This document shows positions 52,484 through 60,710 of a stretch of 64,000 nt of DNA, one piece after another. The translations under genes and the position numbers were made by a program. Source of the DNA: Alphaproteobacteria bacterium. GTDB lineage: Bacteria > Pseudomonadota > Alphaproteobacteria > Bin95. The notes under the pieces were generated by a model. That model had not been told where the DNA came from and did no database searches. It was given only the letters and a program-made list of their open reading frames with translations. Numbering within the stretch: the stretch's first letter is position 1; each line of letters starts with the position of its first letter. The stretch lies in NCBI GenBank assembly GCA_963665325.3, contig CAXXWS020000002.1, forward strand, positions 256,001 through 320,000, read 5' to 3'.

Positions 52484-54286
52484 TCAGGCGCTTTCGAGTT
52501 CCTCGCGCAAGAGGGCAAGTTCCAGCCATTCCTCTTCCAGCGCGGCAAAATCCGACCGCGCCTTGTCCAGAAGCTCGGCCGCACGGGCGAATTGCCCGGG
52601 GTCACGCGCATAGAATCCGGGATCGGCCAGCGTCCGCTCCAGTTTCGCGGCACGAGCCTCCGCGTCCAGCATTGCTCCAGGCAATTCCTCCCAGCGCCGC
52701 TGCTGGCGGAAGCTCAACTTGTTAGCCAGGCGGCGCGGCCGCGCCGGTGCGGCCTTCGGTTGCGGCTTCGCTTCGGTCTGCCGCCCCGCGGAAGGCCGGG
52801 CGCGGCGGTAATCGCTGTAGCCGCCGGCGAATTCGTGCGCCGCGCCGTCTCCTTCCAGCACGATCACGCTTGCCACCGTCTTGTCGAGGAAGTCCCGGTC
52901 ATGGCTGACCAGGATCAGCGTGCCCTCGAAATCGCCCAGCACGTCCGCCAGCAGGTCGAGCGTGTCCATGTCGAGATCGTTGGTCGGCTCGTCCAGCACC
53001 AGCAGGTCGCATTGGCGCGCGAGCGTGCGCGCAAGCAGCAGGCGGTTGCGCTCGCCGCCGGACAGCGACCCGACCGGGCTCTCCACTTGGTCGAAGTCGA
53101 ACAGGAAGTCCTTGAGATAGCCGACCACATGCCGGGGCCGGCCGCGTACGAAGACGGTATCGCCGCCTTCCGGGCAGAGCGTGCGCTTGAGCGTGGCGTC
53201 GTGGTCGAGCGCCGCGCGGCGCTGGTCGAAATAGGCGGACTGCAGGGTCGCGGACCGGCGGACCTTGCCGGAGTCGGGTTTCAGGTCGCCTATCAGCATG
53301 CGCAGCAGCGTCGTCTTGCCGGCGCCGTTCGGCCCCAATATGCCGATCCGGTCGCCGCGAAGGATACGAGTGCTGAATCCCTCGACGATCGTGCGGCCCC
53401 CATATTGTTTGGAGACATTCCGGGCCTCTATCGCCATGCGGCTCCTGATTTCGCTTTCCTCGAGTACGATGCGGGCGCGCTGCGGGACCCCGAGCATGGC
53501 GGCGCGGCGTTCGCGCATGTCGTTGAGTGCGGCGAGTCGGCCCTGGTTGCGCTTGCGCCGCGCGGTGATGCCGCGATGCAGCCAGCGCGTCTCCTCCGCG
53601 ATCCGCTTGTCCAGCTTTTCCTGCCGCCGCAATTCCTCCGCCACCACCGCTTCCGACCACTCCTCGAAAGCGGCGAAGCCGCGGCCGGTCTGGCGCAGCC
53701 GGCCGCGCTCCAGCCAGAGGATGCGGTCGGTGACGCCGGCCAGGAAACGGCGGTCATGGCTGACGACAACCACTGCGCCCTCATAGCCGCGCAAGAGGCG
53801 CTCCAGCCACTCGATGGCGGGCAGGTCGAGATGGTTGGTCGGCTCGTCCAGCAGCAGGATGTCCGGCGCGATGGCCAGCACGCGCGCAAGCTCCGCTCGC
53901 CGGCTCTCGCCCCCGGAAAGCGTCGCCATACGCCGGTCCGGATCGAGTTCGAGCCGGTCCAGCATTGCCGCGACGGCGTGGTCGGGAGCGGCCGGGCCGT
54001 CGTCCGGCGGACGGCGCGCATAGTCGCCGACAAGCGCTTCGGCATCGACCGGCGGGTCCTGGTGCAAATAGGCGATGCGGATGCCGGGCTGGGCGTAGCG
54101 CTCGCCGAGGTCGAGTTCGAGCTCGCCGGCTATCACCTTCATCAGGGTGGACTTGCCGCAGCCGTTGCGCCCGATCAGGCAGGCGCGGTCGCCGCGCGCT
54201 ATGCCGAAGCCGACATCGGCGAACAGGCTCGCGCCGCCGAATCCGAGTTCCGCATCGCGCAGGGTGAAGATCGGCGGGCCGGCCAC
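52484..54286 (-). CDS. uup: ABC-F family ATPase (Uup-like)
   Basis: Two ABC domains (GRNGCGKST, LSGGE, LDEPTNHLD; GPNGAGKTT, LDEPTNDLD), linker ITARRKRNQGR, C-terminal KLSF..ELP coiled coil. Confidence 0.92.
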   Translation of the reverse strand: MAGPPIFTLRDAELGFGGASLFADVGFGIARGDRACLIGRNGCGKSTLMKVIAGELELDLGERYAQPGIRIAYLHQDPPVDAEALVGDYARRPPDDGPAAPDHAVAAMLDRLELDPDRRMATLSGGESRRAELARVLAIAPDILLLDEPTNHLDLPAIEWLERLLRGYEGAVVVVSHDRRFLAGVTDRILWLERGRLRQTGRGFAAFEEWSEAVVAEELRRQEKLDKRIAEETRWLHRGITARRKRNQGRLAALNDMRERRAAMLGVPQRARIVLEESEIRSRMAIEARNVSKQYGGRTIVEGFSTRILRGDRIGILGPNGAGKTTLLRMLIGDLKPDSGKVRRSATLQSAYFDQRRAALDHDATLKRTLCPEGGDTVFVRGRPRHVVGYLKDFLFDFDQVESPVGSLSGGERNRLLLARTLARQCDLLVLDEPTNDLDMDTLDLLADVLGDFEGTLILVSHDRDFLDKTVASVIVLEGDGAAHEFAGGYSDYRRARPSAGRQTEAKPQPKAAPARPRRLANKLSFRQQRRWEELPGAMLDAEARAAKLERTLADPGFYARDPGQFARAAELLDKARSDFAALEEEWLELALLREELESA

Positions 54287-54295
54287 CGGAAACCG

Positions 54296-54871
54296 TCAGG
54301 CGTTGAGTTTCGCGGCGAGCCGGACGGTCTCCCGGACGACCCGCCGGACCGCTGCGGCGTGGGGTTCCTCGGCGAGCGCGCCGTCGCTGTCGAAGGCATC
54401 GCCGGCTCGTGCAACGGCGTGCTGCGCCGGCGCGACGATGACGCCGATGCCGGACAGGATCTGCCGCACATGGACGAGGCCCCGCAAGCCGCCGAGCGGC
54501 CCGGGCGATGCCGCCATGAGGCCCGCGACCTTGCCCGTGAACCAGACCAGCGGCGGCTGCCCGGCAACGGGCCGGGACACCCAGTCGATGGTGTTCTTCA
54601 GGAGCGGCGAGATCGAGCCGTTATATTCCGGGGACGCGATAAGGAAGCCGTCATGGGCCAGGAACAGCTCCTTCAGCCGGACCGCGCCGGCCGGCAGGCC
54701 CTCATCGGCTTCAAGGTCGCCATTGTAGAGCGGCAGGCCGAAATCGGCCAGATCGAGGGGCACGGCCGCTGCCCCCGCAGCTTCTGCCTCGCGCGCCGCA
54801 AACCGGGCCAGCCGGGCATTGAACGACTCCCGACGCACGGACCCCGCAAAGACGAGCAATCTGGCAGTCAC
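54296..54871 (-). CDS. NADPH-dependent FMN reductase
   Basis: FAGSVRRESFN, SPEYNGSISPLLKNTIDWVSR, ASPGPLGG; GTG start overlapping the upstream stop. Confidence 0.93.
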   Translation of the reverse strand: MTARLLVFAGSVRRESFNARLARFAAREAEAAGAAAVPLDLADFGLPLYNGDLEADEGLPAGAVRLKELFLAHDGFLIASPEYNGSISPLLKNTIDWVSRPVAGQPPLVWFTGKVAGLMAASPGPLGGLRGLVHVRQILSGIGVIVAPAQHAVARAGDAFDSDGALAEEPHAAAVRRVVRETVRLAAKLNA

Positions 54872-56226
54872 AGGCGGACGATCTTCCCGGGATTCATGAT
54901 GTTCTTCGGGTCGAGCGCGCGCTTGATGGCGCGCATCGCCGGCAGCGCCGAGGGATGCTCTGCCTCGAGCCAATGGATCTTGCCGTAGCCGATCCCGTGC
55001 TCGCCCGTGCAGGTGCCGCCCATGGCGAGCGCCCGGCGCACCAGGCGTTCATTGAGTTCGGTCGCGATCCGCACTTCCTCGGCATCCTCCGTCTTTATGA
55101 CGAAGATCACATGGAAATTGCCGTCACCGACATGGCCGACGATGGGCGTCGGGAAGGGCGCGGAGGCGAGGTCGGCCCGCGTCTCGGCAATACACTCCGC
55201 AAGCCGCGAGATCGGTACGCAGACATCGGTCGGCCAGCCCTCGCAGCCGGGGCGCAGCGCAATCGCGGCGAAGAAGGCGTCGTGGCGCGCCTGCCAGAGC
55301 CGGTTACGCTCCTCCGCGGTCGTGGACCAGGCGAAGTCCGAGCCGCCGAACTCCTGTGAGATAGCGCCCGTCGCTTCGGCCTGCTCGGCAACACCGGCCG
55401 GCGTGCCGTGGAACTCGAAGAAGATATGCGGGGAGGGCGCATAGTCGAGTTTCGAATAGCGGTTGCAGGCGTCCATCTGCGCTTCGTCGAGCAGCTCGAT
55501 CCGCGCGACCGGGATGCCGGACTGGATCGTCAGGATGACGGCGTCTACCGCAGCGTCCACCGAGGGGAAGGCGCAGACCGCGGAGGCGATACTCTCCGGG
55601 ATGCCGTAAAGGCGAAGGTGGATGCCGGTGACGATCCCGAGCGTGCCCTCGGAGCCGATATAGAGGCGCGTGAGGTCGTAGCCCGCCGAAGACTTGCGCG
55701 CGCGCGTTCCCGTCTGGATCAGGCGCCCGTCCGGCAAAACGACTTCGAGGCCCAGTACATTCTCGCGCATGGTGCCGTAGCGCACCGCGTTGGTGCCGGA
55801 GGCCCCGGTCGCCACCATGCCACCGAGCGAAGCGTCGGCGCCGGGATCGATGGGAAAGAACAGGCCGGTGTCGCGTAACTCTTCGTTGAGCCGCTTGCGC
55901 GTGACGCCCGGCTCGATGAAGCAGGTCATGTCCTCGTCGTGGACGGCGCCGATCCGGTCGAGGCCGGTCAGGTCGATAGTGATGCCGCCCCCCAGCGCAC
56001 CGATATGGCCTTCCAGCGAAGTGCCCGCCCCGAAGGGCACGATCGGCGTGCCGGACTCATGGCAGGCGCGAACGATCTCCTGCACTTCCTCCACCGTCTC
56101 CGGGAACACGACGGCGTCCGGCGGGTGCGGCGCATGGAAGGTCGCATCCTTGCCGTGATGCCCGCGCACCGCCTCGGAGGTGCTAAACCGCGTACCGAAG
56201 CGCTCCTTGAGGGCGACGAAACTCAT
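54868..56226 (-). CDS. FAD-linked oxidase, D-lactate dehydrogenase (cytochrome)-like
   Basis: PFGAGTSLEGH, PIDPGADASLGGM, GSEGTLG, GHVGDGNFH, GEHGIG.GK, MNPGK. Confidence 0.93.
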   Translation of the reverse strand: MSFVALKERFGTRFSTSEAVRGHHGKDATFHAPHPPDAVVFPETVEEVQEIVRACHESGTPIVPFGAGTSLEGHIGALGGGITIDLTGLDRIGAVHDEDMTCFIEPGVTRKRLNEELRDTGLFFPIDPGADASLGGMVATGASGTNAVRYGTMRENVLGLEVVLPDGRLIQTGTRARKSSAGYDLTRLYIGSEGTLGIVTGIHLRLYGIPESIASAVCAFPSVDAAVDAVILTIQSGIPVARIELLDEAQMDACNRYSKLDYAPSPHIFFEFHGTPAGVAEQAEATGAISQEFGGSDFAWSTTAEERNRLWQARHDAFFAAIALRPGCEGWPTDVCVPISRLAECIAETRADLASAPFPTPIVGHVGDGNFHVIFVIKTEDAEEVRIATELNERLVRRALAMGGTCTGEHGIGYGKIHWLEAEHPSALPAMRAIKRALDPKNIMNPGKIVRL

Positions 56227-56603
56227 TTGGCGCAGATCGCCTCGATCTCGACGACCATCGCCGGGTCGGCCAAGCCCGCCACGAAGAGTAGCGTGGAGGC
56301 CGGCGGGCTGTCGCCGAGAAAGGCACCCCGGCTCTCGCGGTAATAGCCGATATCCTCGCGGCGGGTGAGGAAGACGTTGACCTTGACGATATTCTCCGTG
56401 GAGAGGCCCGCCGCCTCCAGCTGCAGGCCGAGATTGACCCAGACCTGATCGATCTGGCCGTGCGCATCCTCGACGAGGGAGCCGTCGGGCCGAATGCCCA
56501 CCTGACCGGCAATATGGACCCAGGTCGCGCCCGCCGGCGCTTCCACCGAATGCGAATAGCCGCGCGGGGCGTGGACAGTGTCGGGACTGCGTCTCGTCAG
56601 CAT
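56223..56603 (-). CDS. RidA/YjgF family protein
   Basis: YSH.V, IAGQVG, NIVKVNVFL, PPASTL..VAGL..VEIEA. Confidence 0.92.
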   Translation of the reverse strand: MLTRRSPDTVHAPRGYSHSVEAPAGATWVHIAGQVGIRPDGSLVEDAHGQIDQVWVNLGLQLEAAGLSTENIVKVNVFLTRREDIGYYRESRGAFLGDSPPASTLLFVAGLADPAMVVEIEAICAK

Positions 56604-56695
56604 GGCGTTTCCTTTCTCCCCGGGTGAACGGGTAGTGGCCGACAGATAGCATATCGGACGGCATCGGACACGGCTTCCCCGGCGGCCGGCCGCGC

Positions 56696-56733
56696 AAAAA
56701 GAAAACCCGCGGCCGGCTTGCGCCGGCCGCGGG
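56696..56733 (-). terminator. Rho-independent terminator of the TRAP operon
   Basis: 12-bp stem CCCGCGGCCGGC/GCCGGCCGCGGG with a GCAA loop on the minus strand, followed by TTTTCTTTTT. Confidence 0.9.
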
Positions 56734-56755
56734 CGATTTGCCGAGGGCTAGGCCG

Positions 56756-57811
56756 CTAGTTTAGCAGCTTCGCGTCCTCTTCCTCGATCTCCATCTTCGC
56801 CTGGGCGATCGACTCCTCAAGCAGCTTCAGCCACTTGTCGCCGAAGCGCTCCACATACCACTGCTTCAGCGGCTGGACGGACTCGACGAACTGCGCCTTC
56901 TCTTCGGGCGTCGGCACATAGACCTCGCCGCCATTTTCCTTGAAGGCGGCATAGCCGGCGAGCGCGGTGAACTTCGGATCGTCGGAAGCCATCGACGTCA
57001 AATGGTGGAATCCGGACGCGACGACCTTCTTGATTTCGGGCGAGAGCCCCTGAAGGAAGTCGTCGTTCATCCACCAGAACAGGAACATGTAGGCGTGGTG
57101 GTCGAGCGTCACGCGATGCAGGAACTCGTGGAACTTCATGTTCACGATGTCGGTGATGCCGTTCTTGGTGCCGATGACGACGCCGGTGGCGAGCGAGGTG
57201 TAGAGTTCCTGCCACGGAATCGGCGTCGGGTTGCCGCCCATCAGGTTGACCATCTCGACCTGAAGCGGGGACTCGATGGTCCGCATCTTCACGCCCGCAA
57301 GGTCGGCCGGCGTCTTGATGGTGACGTCGGTGGTGAAGAAGTCGCGCCAGCCGCCGGTGTTGTTGAGGCCCATGAGGCGCAGCGTGCCGGTCTTCTCAAG
57401 CACCGCCTTGCGGACCTCGTCCATGAACGGGCTCTTCATCACCTTCTCGGCGACGCGGTCGTTCGGGAACATGTAGGGCAGGTCGGTGACCTGGATTTCC
57501 GGGAAGATGTTGGCGATGCCGCCGACGGTCGTGCCCGTGATCTCGCAGGTGCCGAGCTGGACCGATTCCAAGCACTGGCGGAAATTGCCGCAAAGCTGGC
57601 CGCCCGGGTAAATCTCGACCTCGACCGCCCCGTTGGTCTGCGATTCGACGAAATTCTCGAAGACGAGCGAGCCCTTGTGGTCCTCGTCGTCGGTCGAGCC
57701 GATATGGCAGATCTTGATGGTCGTATCGGCCGCGCCGGCCGCGCCGGCTCCGCCCAGCGCAACGGCCAGGCCGAGCCCGACCGAGGCCAGCAACTCTGTA
57801 TGCTTCTTCAT
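56756..57811 (-). CDS. dctP: TRAP transporter substrate-binding protein (DctP family)
   Basis: Signal peptide, VEIYPGGQL, DLPYMF, DLAGVKMRT (conserved Arg), PIPWQELYTSL.TG. Confidence 0.93.
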   Translation of the reverse strand: MKKHTELLASVGLGLAVALGGAGAAGAADTTIKICHIGSTDDEDHKGSLVFENFVESQTNGAVEVEIYPGGQLCGNFRQCLESVQLGTCEITGTTVGGIANIFPEIQVTDLPYMFPNDRVAEKVMKSPFMDEVRKAVLEKTGTLRLMGLNNTGGWRDFFTTDVTIKTPADLAGVKMRTIESPLQVEMVNLMGGNPTPIPWQELYTSLATGVVIGTKNGITDIVNMKFHEFLHRVTLDHHAYMFLFWWMNDDFLQGLSPEIKKVVASGFHHLTSMASDDPKFTALAGYAAFKENGGEVYVPTPEEKAQFVESVQPLKQWYVERFGDKWLKLLEESIAQAKMEIEEEDAKLLN

Positions 57812-57910
57812 TTTCTTCCTCTCCCTGGAAGTTGCCGAAACCGCAAGATTGCGGGGGTGTTCCGGCCGAAGGCCGGCAACCGCGGGGCCGGGCATCCTCC
57901 AAACGCTGCG

Positions 57911-59221
57911 TCATACTATGAACCCGGGCGCGTTCCTGACGAAGCCCAGCCAGTATGGCAGCGACATGGAAATGACCGGGAAGTAGGTGACGACGAAGAT
58001 CGCCAGGATTTCCACGGCCAGCAGCGGCAGCATCTCGAGTGCGATCACCTCGACGCGCAACCGCGAGATGCTCGACGCGACGAACAGGATCAGCCCCATG
58101 GGCGGCGTCGCCAGCCCGATGGTGAGGTTGATGCACATGATGACCGCGAAATGCAACGGATCGACGCCGAGACCCGTCATGGTCGGCGCCAGGATCGGGC
58201 CGAGGATCAGGATCGCCGGCCCGGCGTCCAGGAACATGCCGACGATCAGCAGCAGCACATTGATGAAGAACAGCAGCAGCAGCGGATCGCTTGTGATGCT
58301 GAAGAAGAAATTGGACAGGTGGACCGGCACCTGCGAGAGGCTGGCGATGGCGGCGAAGGCCGTGGCGGTGCCGATGATCAGCAGGATCGCACCCGAAGTG
58401 ACGGCCGCGTGAAGGAACAGGTCCGGCAGGTCGCGGAACTTCAGGGTGCGCAGCACGATGAGGCTGATGAACAGCGCATAGAAGGCCGCCGCCGCCGCCG
58501 ACTCGGTCGGCGTGAAGATGCCGCCCAGAATGCCGCCCAGGATGATGACCGGCGTCATCAGCGGCAGCACCGCGCCCCAGGCCGCCTGGCCGACTTCCTT
58601 GACGGTCGCGCGGCTGTGCGCCTTGGGGTAGTTGCGCCGCTTGGAGATGATCCCGGTCACCGACATCAGCATGAAGCCGACCATGAGCCCCGGGATGAGC
58701 CCGGCGGCGAATAGCCCGGCCACCGAGACATTCATGATGAAGGCATAGACCACCATGATGAGGCTCGGCGGGATGATCGGGCCGATGACCGATGAGGCGG
58801 CCGTGATGGCGGCGGCGAACTTGCGGCTGTAGCCGTCCTTCTCCATGGCCGGGATCAGGATCGAGCCGACCGCCGAGGTATCGGCGACGGCGGAGCCGCT
58901 GATGCCGGCGAACAGCATGCTGGTGACGATGTTCACATGCGCCAAGCCGCCGCGCAGATGGCCGACCAGCGTGTTGGCGAAATTCACCAGGCTCATCGTG
59001 ATGCCGGCCCGGTTCATCACCTCGCCGGTCAGGATGAAGAACGGGATCGCCAGCAGCGGGAACTGGTGGATGCCGGCGAAGGTGCGCTGGAAGAGCATCT
59101 TCAGGAAGATGGGCTTCTCGGCCAGCAGGAAGCCGACCATCGGCGCGAAGCCGAGTGCGAAGACGATCGGCATGCCGATGAACATCGCGGCCAGGAATAT
59201 CCAGAAGAAGGTGACGCCCAT
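57911..59221 (-). CDS. dctM: TRAP transporter large permease
   Basis: LLAIPFFILTG, GISGSAVAD, IIPPS, FTPTES, TPPMG. Confidence 0.95.
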   Translation of the reverse strand: MGVTFFWIFLAAMFIGMPIVFALGFAPMVGFLLAEKPIFLKMLFQRTFAGIHQFPLLAIPFFILTGEVMNRAGITMSLVNFANTLVGHLRGGLAHVNIVTSMLFAGISGSAVADTSAVGSILIPAMEKDGYSRKFAAAITAASSVIGPIIPPSLIMVVYAFIMNVSVAGLFAAGLIPGLMVGFMLMSVTGIISKRRNYPKAHSRATVKEVGQAAWGAVLPLMTPVIILGGILGGIFTPTESAAAAAFYALFISLIVLRTLKFRDLPDLFLHAAVTSGAILLIIGTATAFAAIASLSQVPVHLSNFFFSITSDPLLLLFFINVLLLIVGMFLDAGPAILILGPILAPTMTGLGVDPLHFAVIMCINLTIGLATPPMGLILFVASSISRLRVEVIALEMLPLLAVEILAIFVVTYFPVISMSLPYWLGFVRNAPGFIV

Positions 59222-59242
59222 GACTTGTGTCCGCCGGCTCCC

Positions 59243-59803
59243 CTATTCCGCTCTGACCGCGTCCTGCTGCGTGAGCGTCGGCTTGGCATTGGCCGGGTCG
59301 ATGACGCCCCGGAGCGCGTTGACCATGTATTCCAGCGCTATCATGGCGACGACGAAACTGCCGATCGGCATGCAGATATAGACATAGAAGATCGAGATAT
59401 CGATCGTGGAAGCGCGCTGGATGCGGGCGTTCCAGGTCATGAACGCCCCTTCCTTCACGAACACCACCATCAGCGCGATGATGCCGGCGAAGATCATCAT
59501 GATGAGGAACTGCCGGATCCGTCCGCGCAACTGGCCGAGGATCACTTCGATGCCGACATGCGCGCCCATGCGCAGCCCGACGGGCGCCACGAAGAAGGTG
59601 AGCCACACCATGACGAACTTGGCGATCTCTTCCGACCAGGCCAATGCGTCGTTCATCACGTAGCGCATGAACACGGCGATATCGACGATGATGAGCATGA
59701 TGGCGAGCAGGGCGATGGCAAGCCACTTGAACGCCACGATCACCCGGTCGTTCACCCAGGCAAGCCCGGTCTCAAGCCTTTCGAGCATCGCCGGGAATGA
59801 CAT
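59243..59803 (-). CDS. dctQ: TRAP transporter small permease
   Basis: RYVMN..WSEEIAKF..W..F, GAHVGIE; four TM helices. Confidence 0.93.
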   Translation of the reverse strand: MSFPAMLERLETGLAWVNDRVIVAFKWLAIALLAIMLIIVDIAVFMRYVMNDALAWSEEIAKFVMVWLTFFVAPVGLRMGAHVGIEVILGQLRGRIRQFLIMMIFAGIIALMVVFVKEGAFMTWNARIQRASTIDISIFYVYICMPIGSFVVAMIALEYMVNALRGVIDPANAKPTLTQQDAVRAE

Positions 59804-59898
59804 CCGGATGGCGCCCCCTCTCCACTCCGTCCCGGTCGAGCCTAGAGCAGACTTTCAAAGGCCGCAATCGGCCTACCGGAACCGGCTTGCCGAAACCG

Positions 59899-59927
59899 TG
59901 GCCGGAGGCGGCCGATACGCCTATGAT
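59899..59927 (+). promoter_or_regulatory. Putative promoter of the glutaredoxin-DinB/chrA operon
   Basis: TGGCCG-N17-TATGAT, followed by SD GAGGAGG (59944-59950) and ATG 59958. Confidence 0.45.
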
Positions 59928-59957
59928 GAGCCGCATGACGGGAGAGGAGGCATGCGC

Positions 59958-60710
59958 ATGAGCGAGCAGATCAAGGTTTTCTGGCGGCCCGGCTGAACCA
60001 GCTGCCTGCGAACCAAAGAGTTCCTCTCGGTCCGTGGGATCGAGTTCGACAGCATAGACGTGACGACGCACCCGACCGGCATGGACCAGCTGCGCGCCCT
60101 CGGCGCCCGGTCGATCCCGGTCGTCTCGCGGGGCGAGGAATTCGTCTTCGCCCAGGCGATCTCGGATGTGGTGGCCTTTCTCGGGCTCGACGAGGATGTG
60201 GGGCCGGAACTGACCATGCAACAGCTGGCGGCGAAGCTCGACATGGTGCTGGCGGCTGCCGCGCGCTATGTGGCCCAAGTGCCGGACGACCGGCTCGGCG
60301 ACAAGCTGCCTGGACGCGACCGCGCCTACCGGGTCCTGTTCCACCACATCTTCAACATCGCGGATTCGACCGTGGCGGCGATAGAAAGCGGCCGGCCGGT
60401 GAACTATGAAGACCTGACCGCGCTGCCGCCGGACGACATGCAGACCGTCGCCGACATCGTGGCCTATGGCGAGGGTGTGCGGTCGCGGGTCGCGCGCTGG
60501 TGGGAATCGGGATCGAAGCCGGACCCGGTAGATACCTATTATGGCTCCCACTCGCTGCATGAGGTGTTCGAGCGCACCACCTGGCATCCGGCCCAGCATG
60601 TCCGCCAGCTCATGCTGATCCACGAGATGCTCGGCATCGAGACCGACGGACCGCTCGGGGCCGAAGACTTCCGCGGCCTGCCGCTTCCCGAGCAGGTCTG
60701 GGACGGCTGA
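59958..60710 (+). CDS. Probable selenoprotein: glutaredoxin/NrdH-like domain (UxxC) fused to a DinB-like domain, 250 aa
   Basis: MSEQIKVFWRPG-TGA(59994-59996)-TSCLRTKEFLSVRGIEFDSIDV..GARSIPVV reads as a full Grx fold across the TGA, in frame with the track ORF 60060..60710; C-terminal LFHHIF and TWHPAQHVRQ His motifs; strong SD. Confidence 0.85.
60026..60044 (+). promoter_or_regulatory. Candidate bacterial SECIS hairpin
   Basis: CTCGGTCC-GTG-GGATCGAG 8-bp stem (one G:U) with an apical loop starting GU, 37 nt after the UGA. Confidence 0.5.

Noticed and set aside
52055-52725. ORFs overlapping rnpB on both strands
   Set aside because: Explained by the RNase P RNA gene
52238-54988. 916-aa plus-strand ORF
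   Set aside because: Shadow of uup and the FMN reductase, and it overlaps rnpB
57830-57880. Two small hairpins between dctM and dctP
   Set aside because: Probably ordinary mRNA-stabilising structures ahead of a highly expressed binding protein; no riboswitch signature
60060-60710. Track ORF starting at GTG 60060 as the real gene
   Set aside because: Starts in the middle of the glutaredoxin fold with no SD; the upstream ATG 59958 has a strong SD and completes the domain across the TGA
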